From: Acutalibacteraceae bacterium
Lineage (GTDB): Bacteria; Bacillota; Clostridia; Oscillospirales; Acutalibacteraceae
Assembly (NCBI GenBank): GCA_045537485.1
Contig: JAZSPQ010000005.1
Location: 45,810-109,809, forward strand
DNA: 64,000 nucleotides
Direction of reading: 5' to 3'
Below are positions 28,680 through 35,888 of the stretch, piece by piece. The notes under the pieces are model-generated. The model was not told where the DNA came from. It searched no databases and saw only the letters and a list, made by a program, of their open reading frames with translations. Within the stretch, counting starts at the first letter, position 1. Each line of letters opens with the position of its first letter. A program made the translations under genes and the position numbers.

Positions 28680-29516
28680 CTAAGATTCATTTTTGTTAAA
28701 TTTATCAATTAAAAAACGCACTACGCCGTCATTTTCATTTGAGTCGATAACTCCCGTGGCTACAGCCTTCAGTTCATTGCAGGCGTTGGATACGGCGTAA
28801 CACTCATCTGCAATTTCAAACAAAGGAATATCGTTCAGATTATCACCAAAAGCTACTATTCTGTCAACACCGAGTATTCGTTTTACCTCTAGAGCGGCAA
28901 CACCTTTTGATACACTTTTATTCATACATTCCATAAAGTTGCAGTCAGTATAGTTATCCGAATAAAAAGCACAGGTAACCTTGTTTTCAGCAACGATTTC
29001 ATTGTAAATCGGTGACAGTATATCACTTTTATCGAGACTGACAATATAAATTAGTTTATCTGTATCAGAAATGGAAAGCTCTGTCTTGCACTCGGTAAAT
29101 TTTTTGTATTTAAGATTGTTTCTTGCCGAAACGTATTCCTTTTGGTATTCGTTATCGAGGGTTTTATACACTATTTCAAGGTAACCTTCACGCAAAAAAT
29201 ACAGCATCGGATATTTGCCATGGTTGCTATAAACATTGAGAATACTGTCTGCGTCAGATTTGGAAATATCAAATGCTGATATGTTTCTGTTCTCAATTGG
29301 ATCGTATATCAATACTCCGTTCATAAGAATAAACGGTAAAGTCAGTTCTACACCCGAAAACATCTGAATAACCGTGGCATTTGTTCTGGCTGTTGCAACG
29401 GTAAACATCATACCTTTAGCGATAAGTTTATTTAAATTTTCTTTGGAATACGCTGACAGCTGAGCATTGCTATCAAGCAGCGTACCGTCTAAATCTGTAA
29501 TGTACAAGGTTTTCAT
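28680..29516 (-). CDS. Cof-type HAD-IIB family hydrolase
   Basis: Motifs ITDLDGTLL, TVATAR and FGDNLNDIPL. Confidence 0.85.
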   Translation of the reverse strand: MKTLYITDLDGTLLDSNAQLSAYSKENLNKLIAKGMMFTVATARTNATVIQMFSGVELTLPFILMNGVLIYDPIENRNISAFDISKSDADSILNVYSNHGKYPMLYFLREGYLEIVYKTLDNEYQKEYVSARNNLKYKKFTECKTELSISDTDKLIYIVSLDKSDILSPIYNEIVAENKVTCAFYSDNYTDCNFMECMNKSVSKGVAALEVKRILGVDRIVAFGDNLNDIPLFEIADECYAVSNACNELKAVATGVIDSNENDGVVRFLIDKFNKNES

Positions 29517-29551
29517 AATACATCAATTCCGTTTTTATATTATTCCTTGAC

Positions 29552-29580
29552 AGTATATCATATAAGCACAAAAAAGACAA
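29552..29580 (-). promoter_or_regulatory. sigma-A type promoter for the HAD/HD/membrane/TetR operon
   Basis: The minus strand reads TTGTCT, a 17-nt spacer, then TATACT (plus-strand AGACAA 29575-29580 and AGTATA 29552-29557). Confidence 0.5.
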
Positions 29581-29666
29581 CTGTATATTTAACTATATTA
29601 ATTTATTTACATTTTTGATATATTTTTTTCTAATTTGCATAAATAGATATTTTTAATGAAAATCTA

Positions 29667-29695
29667 TTGAAAAATGAGTTAAAAGTAAGTATAAT
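29667..29695 (+). promoter_or_regulatory. sigma-A type promoter for the NUDIX gene
   Basis: TTGAAA (29667-29672), a 17-nt spacer, then TATAAT (29690-29695). Confidence 0.6.
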
Positions 29696-29768
29696 GTATC
29701 CATATTAATCTGTGTAGTTATGCATAATTTAAAGATATAACTGCATTTTGTAAAAAGGGGATACCTAA

Positions 29769-30518
29769 ATGTTAGGAAAATTCGTAAAGGTACGTGTAAC
29801 ATCCCCAATGCATTCTTTTAACAACAGATTCGGCTTTAAATATAAGCTCAATTACGGCATAATTGACAGCTTTAAAAGCAACAAAAAATCTGTTCAGGGC
29901 GCCTATATTATGGGTATTAACCATCCTGTCAGAAATTTTGACGGCAGGGTAATTGCTGTCATAAAGAGACAGAGCTGCAGAGGAATGGCATGGGTAGTTG
30001 CACCTAAAAGTACAAGATTCATTGTAAACGATATTAAACAGGCTATTGAATTTGCCGAAGGCAGAAACAATTACAGCATAGAGTGCTTATATGAAAGCTC
30101 GTGCGGTGCAGTTATATTCAGAGTAGAAAACGGTTGCAACAAGTTTTTGCTGATAAGAAATAAGCGCAGTGCTCATTGGGGGTTCCCGAAGGGGCATATT
30201 GAGCCGGGTGAAACCGACGAAGATACTGCAATAAGAGAAGTTTTTGAGGAAACCGGACTTCGTGTACGAATAATTCCCGGATTTGTGAAAAAATCTGAGT
30301 ACACTATTCAGGGAAAGATTGAAAAGTCTGTTTCCATTTTCCTTGCTCAGACCGATGAATGTGATTATAAACTTCAGGAAGAAGAGATTGAAGAGTGCGG
30401 CTGGTTCTGCTATGACGAAGCACTTAACACTCTTAATTATGAAAACGATAAATATATTTTAAGCGAAGCTAAGAAATTTATTGAAGCAATTAATTCTTCG
30501 GGGGATAAACATGACTGA
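29769..30518 (+). CDS. NUDIX hydrolase with an N-terminal, apparently degenerate, pyrophosphatase-like domain of about 120 aa
   Basis: NUDIX box GFPKGHIEPGETDEDTAIREVFEETG. The N-terminal domain is discussed under findings. Confidence 0.85.
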   Translation: MLGKFVKVRVTSPMHSFNNRFGFKYKLNYGIIDSFKSNKKSVQGAYIMGINHPVRNFDGRVIAVIKRQSCRGMAWVVAPKSTRFIVNDIKQAIEFAEGRNNYSIECLYESSCGAVIFRVENGCNKFLLIRNKRSAHWGFPKGHIEPGETDEDTAIREVFEETGLRVRIIPGFVKKSEYTIQGKIEKSVSIFLAQTDECDYKLQEEEIEECGWFCYDEALNTLNYENDKYILSEAKKFIEAINSSGDKHD

Positions 30519-31014
30519 AACACTGGCGCAGTATTTTGTCGATAATTTTTCCGATAAGTTATCAGGTGAGTTGATAGCTTTTATCGTTTCATTGCTTCCT
30601 GTTCTTGAGCTCAGAGGCGGACTTATTGTTGCAAAGCTTTTAGAAGTGGATTTTTTAAAAGCGTTTCTTATATGCTTTATCGGAAATCTTCTGCCTATTC
30701 CTTTTATCTTAATTTTCATAAGAAAAATTTTTTCACTCTTAAAAAAGAACAGAAAAGTTGAGGAGCTTATCACAAAGCTGGAAGCTCGGTCCATACGTAA
30801 AGCCGATAGTGTTAAAAAGTACCGTTTGTGGGGATTGTTCATTTTAGTTGCAATTCCGCTTCCGGGTACGGGTGCGTGGACAGGAGCCCTTATTGCAGAT
30901 TTATTGGATATAAGAATCAAGCATTCTTTTCCCGTGATAGCCATAGGCGTATTTGTTGCAGGACTTATAATATCAGCTTTATCTTACGGCCTTTTCGGCT
31001 TGTTAGGATTCTAA
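30511..31014 (+). CDS. small multidrug export-like membrane protein (COG2426 / Sm_multidrug_ex)
   Basis: Motifs LELRGG and IPLPGTGAWTGALIADLL. ATG 30511 overlaps the NUDIX stop by 8 nt. Confidence 0.7.
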   Translation: MTETLAQYFVDNFSDKLSGELIAFIVSLLPVLELRGGLIVAKLLEVDFLKAFLICFIGNLLPIPFILIFIRKIFSLLKKNRKVEELITKLEARSIRKADSVKKYRLWGLFILVAIPLPGTGAWTGALIADLLDIRIKHSFPVIAIGVFVAGLIISALSYGLFGLLGF

Positions 31015-31074
31015 AAAAAGCTACAAGAGCTATGTTTTATTTTTAAATATGCTGTTTCGGTGCAATTATTAAAG

Positions 31075-31117
31075 AAAGCACAGAAGTCCGTTGAGGATTT
31101 TCTGTGCTTTTTGTTTA
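31075..31117. terminator. bidirectional intrinsic terminator between convergent genes
   Basis: AAAGCACAGAA (31075-31085) pairs with TTCTGTGCTTT (31100-31110). TTTTGTTT follows on the plus strand and a T-rich run follows on the minus strand. Confidence 0.65.
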
Positions 31118-33001
31118 GTTAATAACACTTTCCCATGCTTCCATAGCAAGCAAAAGCTCCTCTTCAACCTTGGATATCTCAGTCTGCAATTCAGTAAGCT
31201 TGATATAGTCTGAAATGTTTTCCTCTTTGGCAATTTCATCATTAAGAAAAGCAAGCTTTTCCTCGAGGGTAGCAACGGCTTCTTCTGCTTTTTTTATCGC
31301 ACGCTCGCGTTTTGCTTTCTCTTTACCGGGGGTTGTATAGTTTTTCTTTTGTTTTACGGGAGCAGGTGAGTCAGCTTTATTTTCAATCGCTTTGCTTTTA
31401 GCTGTTTTTTCTTCATACTCATCGTATCCGTATTCATACCAGGTAGTTATACCTTCATTAAATGAAATCAAGTGATGAGCAACTTTTTTAATAAAATATC
31501 TGTCGTGAGAAACAAAGAGCAAAGTGCCGGTATAATCCGAAAGCATATTTTCAAGCGCTTCTTTTCCTAAAATATCCATATGATTTGTAGGTTCATCAAG
31601 AATAAGGAAATTCGGTTTCTTTTTTAAAAGCTTGCATAGCGCAAGTCGTACCTTTTCGCCGCCTGAAAGCATATCTACCGTCTTAAAAACATCGTCTCCC
31701 GTAAACAAAAATGCGCCTAATGAGCTTCTGGCTTCAAACGGTGTTATTCTCGGGAATTCATCCATAAAGTCGTCTAAAACAGTCTTAGAGCTCGTATATT
31801 GAGCCATTTGCTGATCAAAATATCCGATTTTTACATTGTTTCCAATAATAAAAGTACCGCCAAGAGAGGGGACAGCACCCACCAATGTTTTAAGAAGTGT
31901 AGATTTTCCTTGACCGTTTCCACCCAAGATGCCCACATGTTGACCCCGTAAAATCGTAAATGATACTTGCGAAAGCACTTTTTCGTAGCCGATTTTTAAG
32001 TTATTAACATACAAAACATCTTTTGCAGACCTGATATCGGGTTCAAAATCTGCATGAAACTGCTTTGAGTCATATTTTTCAGGTGCTTCGATAAGCTCCA
32101 TTCGCTCAAGGTACTTTATCTTGGACTGGGCCATTGCAGCTTTATTGGCCTTATATCTGAATTTTTCGATTAAATCCTTAATCCGAGCAATTTCTTCTTG
32201 CTGTGCTTCATAAGCTTTTGCTTGCTGTTCTCTCAACAGCTTTTTCTGCTCGGAGAATTGACTGTAGTTTCCGATATATTTATTTGTTTTACCGTGTTCG
32301 ATTTCATAAATCACGCTTACTGTTTTATCAAGAAACATTCGGTCGTGGGATACGATAACTACAGCTTTTTTATATGTAGAAAGGTACTCCTCAAGCCACG
32401 AGACAGCATCAACATCAAGATGATTTGTGGGCTCGTCAAGTAAAAGAAGGTCCGGTTTTGAAAGCAGTAATTTCAGAAACGCTATTTTTGTTCTTTGGCC
32501 TCCCGAGAAATTTGACAAAGGCTTACACTTATCTTCGTTTGTAAAGCCAAAACGCTTAAGAGCAGCTTCGTATTCTTTTTCAAAATAGAAACCGCCCAAA
32601 TTGGTGAAGCTGTCAAGTAGGGTAGTGTATCTGTTGATTTTATCTTCAGATGAATCATTTTCAAGTTCAGACTGAAGAGTCTCAAGCTGACACTTCATCG
32701 CAATTATCTCGCTGTATGCACCTCTGATTTCTTCTATCATTGTTTGTGAGTTATCTTTAAAAGCCATCTGACTCATTGTTCCGATAATCGGTTTACCGGA
32801 AACAATGTGCTGACTGTTTAATTCCGGATTATCCTTCGAAATCTGCAGTTCACCGCTGAGAAGTCTGAGTAAGGTTGTTTTGCCGCAACCGTTTCTACCA
32901 ACTATTCCGACTTTACTTTCGGTATTAATTTCAATGTTGACTTTTTTTAATACAGGTTCACCGGACAAGTCTACGACTCCGTTTTGTATTCTTATTTGCA
33001 T
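31115..33001 (-). CDS. ABC-F family ATPase (two ABC domains, no TM domain, C-terminal coiled coil)
   Basis: Walker A GRNGCGKTT and GGNGQGKST, signatures LSGGQ and LSGGE, Walker B LLLLDEPTNHLD and FLILDEPTNHMD. Start set at Met15 (MQIRIQNG). Confidence 0.9.
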   Translation of the reverse strand: MQIRIQNGVVDLSGEPVLKKVNIEINTESKVGIVGRNGCGKTTLLRLLSGELQISKDNPELNSQHIVSGKPIIGTMSQMAFKDNSQTMIEEIRGAYSEIIAMKCQLETLQSELENDSSEDKINRYTTLLDSFTNLGGFYFEKEYEAALKRFGFTNEDKCKPLSNFSGGQRTKIAFLKLLLSKPDLLLLDEPTNHLDVDAVSWLEEYLSTYKKAVVIVSHDRMFLDKTVSVIYEIEHGKTNKYIGNYSQFSEQKKLLREQQAKAYEAQQEEIARIKDLIEKFRYKANKAAMAQSKIKYLERMELIEAPEKYDSKQFHADFEPDIRSAKDVLYVNNLKIGYEKVLSQVSFTILRGQHVGILGGNGQGKSTLLKTLVGAVPSLGGTFIIGNNVKIGYFDQQMAQYTSSKTVLDDFMDEFPRITPFEARSSLGAFLFTGDDVFKTVDMLSGGEKVRLALCKLLKKKPNFLILDEPTNHMDILGKEALENMLSDYTGTLLFVSHDRYFIKKVAHHLISFNEGITTWYEYGYDEYEEKTAKSKAIENKADSPAPVKQKKNYTTPGKEKAKRERAIKKAEEAVATLEEKLAFLNDEIAKEENISDYIKLTELQTEISKVEEELLLAMEAWESVIN

Positions 33002-33098
33002 CAGAAAGTACATCCTTATATATTGATGCAAATATTTTATCATATTTGCTGACGTTAAGCAACAGTTTTTAAACTTAAAATAGAAATGAGGTGATCAT

Positions 33099-33311
33099 GT
33101 GAGTGAAACGGAACGTTTAATAAATTTAATTTACGGTTTATTGTTTTCTGAAGAAACTCGTCTTGAGTTTGATGTATATAATTCATTTGAGATTTTGAAT
33201 AAGAATTCAAAGGATTCATGTTACATAGCTAAATATTTAGCGACAGTTCAACGCTATGAGGATTTTAAAATCTTTGAAAGAAAGGTGATAGAAGTGTTAC
33301 GGCTGTTTTAG
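33099..33311 (+). CDS. hypothetical 70-aa protein
   Basis: GTG start with a GAGGTG SD 5 nt upstream. Soluble and partly acidic. No family recognised. Confidence 0.5.
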   Translation: MSETERLINLIYGLLFSEETRLEFDVYNSFEILNKNSKDSCYIAKYLATVQRYEDFKIFERKVIEVLRLF

Positions 33312-33334
33312 TTATGTTGTACAATTTTCTATCA

Positions 33335-33350
33335 TCTACTATACAAAATA
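33335..33350 (+). repeat. left inverted repeat TCTACTATACAAAATA
   Basis: Its reverse complement recurs at 33759-33774, 15/16 identical and 13/13 in the core ACTATACAAAATA. Confidence 0.8.
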
Positions 33351-33352
33351 GA

Positions 33353-33367
33353 TATTTTATATAGTAG
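33353..33367 (-). repeat. second arm of the left palindrome, TATTTTATATAGTAG
   Basis: Pairs 14/15 with 33336-33350 across a 2-nt gap. It is a direct repeat (13/15) of the right copy at 33759-33773. Confidence 0.8.
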
Positions 33368-33742
33368 AGGGGAGCAGATTATTGTTTTAGTCTACTTGCT
33401 ATGTAACATAATAAATGCATATATCCGGATTAGTCGATTTTTATGTAACGTCTAACCTGTCTATATTATACGATATATATGATCAAACAAGTTTAATTCA
33501 TGTATGATTATTGTTTTTTAACAGAATGATTTTTTATCTTTGATTCTCTTTGATGGATTTTATTTTTATGATCTGAGCATCGTTGTATAAAAATCTATCA
33601 AATGGAATTTAATCGATAATTAAACATATAAATCTATAATTGCTCAAAAATTACAAACTATAGATGTTCTATTTTAGTTTTTCGATGCAATTATAATACA
33701 TTATACAAATTTATATATTTTAATCAAAATTCAGAAAAACGC

Positions 33743-33771
33743 TTGACCGAACGTAAAATATTTTGTATAGT
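33743..33771 (+). promoter_or_regulatory. sigma-A type promoter of the recombinase gene, with its -10 inside the right repeat
   Basis: TTGACC (33743-33748), a 17-nt spacer, then TATAGT (33766-33771). Confidence 0.5.
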
Positions 33772-33774
33772 TGA
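33759..33774 (-). repeat. right inverted repeat (plus strand TATTTTGTATAGTTGA)
   Basis: Reverse complement of the left repeat. It ends 5 bp before ATG 33779. Confidence 0.8.
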
Positions 33775-33802
33775 ATAAATGAATATTAGGAGCGTGATTA
33801 CT

Positions 33803-34783
33803 GTGCAAGAAAATGTGAACAAAGCGTTGCTGCCGCCGCTAGTCAATGAATTTATTGTTGATAAAATAGTTACAAAGGACTGCAGACCCTCTACACTAAA
33901 TGAATATACTATCGATTTGTGGCTGTTTTTCAGATTTTTGGTCAGCAAAGAAAGAGGGCTCTCCTCCCCTGCTGAGCTTGAAAAAAATTTTGACTTATCA
34001 TACATTGATGCTGATTTTATCAGCAAAATCACTTTAAAAGATGTTAACAGTTTCCTTGCTTATTGTAGCTCTGAAAGAAGCAACTCACCAACAACAAGAG
34101 CGAGAAAAGCATCGTCTATCAGAGGATTTTTCAAGTATATTGCCGACAAAATGGCTTATATAGATCGGAACCCGGTTACACAGCTACAGGTTTCATCTTC
34201 AAAAAAAAGGCTTCCAAAGTACCTGACTCTGGAAGAAAGCAAGAAATTACTTCAAAGTGTTGACGGAGACAATAAAATCAGGGATTATTGCATATTAACC
34301 TTGTTTTTAAACTGCGGACTTAGACTTGCCGAGCTTGTAAGTCTTAATATTCCCGACATTGACTTTAACGAAGAAAAAATGATAGTGACGGGTAAAGGTA
34401 ATAAACAGCGAGTTATTTATCTGAACAAGGCGTGCATTGATTCACTTAATGACTATCTTGCTGTGCGCCCACACGATCAGCTTAAAGGTGACGACAGAGA
34501 TGCTCTTTTTATTAGCAGATTAAATAAGCGTATCGGAAGGCAGGCTGTACAACTTATGGTTTATCATTATCTTGATAAAATAGGCCTTAACGGACAGCAT
34601 TATTCCGTCCATAAGCTTCGTCATACAGCTGCAACACTTATGTACCAACACGGAAAAGCCGATCTTCTTCAAATAAAAGAGGTTCTCGGCCATGAAAATC
34701 TTTCTACAACTGAAATATATACACATGTTGAAGATGAATTAGTGCGTCAGGCAGTTAAAAACAACCCGCTATCAAAAGAATAA
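33803..34783 (+). CDS. tyrosine site-specific recombinase (XerC/XerD-like)
   Basis: Catalytic signature R (NCGLRLAEL), HKLRHTAAT (HxxR) and LGHENLSTTEIYTHV (H...Y). GTG 33803 has AGGAG 10 nt upstream. The in-frame ATG at 33779 has no SD. Confidence 0.85.
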   Translation: MQENVNKALLPPLVNEFIVDKIVTKDCRPSTLNEYTIDLWLFFRFLVSKERGLSSPAELEKNFDLSYIDADFISKITLKDVNSFLAYCSSERSNSPTTRARKASSIRGFFKYIADKMAYIDRNPVTQLQVSSSKKRLPKYLTLEESKKLLQSVDGDNKIRDYCILTLFLNCGLRLAELVSLNIPDIDFNEEKMIVTGKGNKQRVIYLNKACIDSLNDYLAVRPHDQLKGDDRDALFISRLNKRIGRQAVQLMVYHYLDKIGLNGQHYSVHKLRHTAATLMYQHGKADLLQIKEVLGHENLSTTEIYTHVEDELVRQAVKNNPLSKE

Positions 34784-35404
34784 TTAAAATGCAAATAAAT
34801 CTGAAAACATGCTTGTCGTAAGTAACTCAACTGTTGAGCTGATTAGTAAAATAATAAGAACTGCAACTGTTTTCACTGCTATGTTTTTCGGTTCAAAATT
34901 AAATTCTTTTGATCTCTTGGTTACTGTTTTAATAATTGAACTGCAACAGTTTATCAAAAGAAGTATTCCGAGAATAAGAAAAAATTTGCCCGGTAAAAGT
35001 ACCAATAAACAATATTCAATACCCTTGAGTTCATATACCGAATAAATGTATGTAATACAAGTGCTAAGCCCCAAAACCTTTATAAAGCTTAAGGTATAAA
35101 TAAATACATCGCCGATTACACTTGTTGAAAACAGCAGCATTAAAAAGAAATACGGCAATCCTTCCAAAAGCAAGCCTGAAAACATTTCTGGTTTGCTTTT
35201 TTTTATAAAACTCTGTGTGTAAAAATTAAAGCTTTCGGACAGATGCACATCAATCTGACTCTTTGCTATAATATAAAGGAGTACACCACTCAATGCTGCG
35301 ACGGACAGTATAGCTGTTATAATAAGAAGATTTTTGTTAAAAGGTAAGCTTTTTTCTTTTGGTTTAAATGTCCTTTTCGGTATTATCACTGCATTTATCT
35401 TCAA
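34784..35404 (-). CDS. spoIIM: stage II sporulation protein M-like membrane protein
   Basis: About 200 aa with 5-6 TM helices. It neighbours a Xer-type recombinase, as spoIIM neighbours ripX in Bacillus. The call rests on size, topology and context only. Confidence 0.5.
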   Translation of the reverse strand: MKINAVIIPKRTFKPKEKSLPFNKNLLIITAILSVAALSGVLLYIIAKSQIDVHLSESFNFYTQSFIKKSKPEMFSGLLLEGLPYFFLMLLFSTSVIGDVFIYTLSFIKVLGLSTCITYIYSVYELKGIEYCLLVLLPGKFFLILGILLLINCCSSIIKTVTKRSKEFNFEPKNIAVKTVAVLIILLISSTVELLTTSMFSDLFAF

Positions 35405-35415
35405 ATCGCTCTCCC

Positions 35416-35841
35416 CTACCTCTTTCTCTTATTTTTTATCCTTGTATTTACTGCTGTAATTCCGCCTAAGGCTGACATAACAAGAAACACTGCGAGCAAC
35501 ACAAAAAGTCTATAATCAAAAGCAAAAGAATTAAGAATAAGCGAAGTCAATATGAATATGATACAAATAGGAGAGTTATATAATAAGCCTAAAAGCATGC
35601 CTTTTTTTCTGAAACGCAAACCGGTAAAATATGCTGAGACAAAGTTTGCTGCAGCTAAAAGCACTGCTATTATTGCAAAATTCGTATAAACGTCAATGTC
35701 AGCTGCATAAAAAATAACGCACACAGCCATCACTGCAATTAAGTGAATAAAAACTATTATTGTCTCATGAAGGATGATTCCTTTAATTAATGAATCTGAC
35801 TGTTTATTTTTTGTTTTATTTTTGTTTGAAGATTTAACCAT
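35416..35841 (-). CDS. small polytopic membrane protein (TIGR04086/YrzE-like)
   Basis: Four TM helices with basic termini, positioned after yajC. ATG 35841 is preferred over GTG 35850 because GAGGAG lies 9 nt upstream. Confidence 0.5.
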   Translation of the reverse strand: MVKSSNKNKTKNKQSDSLIKGIILHETIIVFIHLIAVMAVCVIFYAADIDVYTNFAIIAVLLAAANFVSAYFTGLRFRKKGMLLGLLYNSPICIIFILTSLILNSFAFDYRLFVLLAVFLVMSALGGITAVNTRIKNKRKR

Positions 35842-35883
35842 AAAAAGCACTCCTCACATCATCTGTTAAATGATATGAGGAGC
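35842..35883 (-). terminator. intrinsic terminator/attenuator between yajC and the next gene
   Basis: The minus strand reads GCTCCTCATATCAT, loop TTAACAG, ATGATGTGAGGAGTGC, TTTTT, ATG. The SD of the downstream gene lies in the 3' arm. Confidence 0.6.
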
Positions 35884-35888
35884 TTAAA

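Noticed and set aside
33424-33451. Possible dif site: TTATGTAACGT resembles the XerD arm TTATGTAAACT of B. subtilis dif.
   Set aside because: Only the XerD-like arm matches. The 11 bp where the XerC arm should be (TCCGGATTAGT) and the 6-bp spacer (CGATTT) do not resemble known dif sites. I cannot judge from this window whether the locus is near the replication terminus. A genome-wide dif search and GC-skew analysis would settle it.
33099-35404. The recombinase plus AT-rich flank as the edge of an integrated mobile element (prophage, ICE or genomic island).
   Set aside because: There is no tRNA or tmRNA target, no phage, conjugation or transposase genes, and no long direct repeats. The neighbours (spoIIM-like, yajC, tgt, queA, ABC-F) are conserved core genes, and a Xer-type recombinase near spoIIM is also seen in Bacillus.
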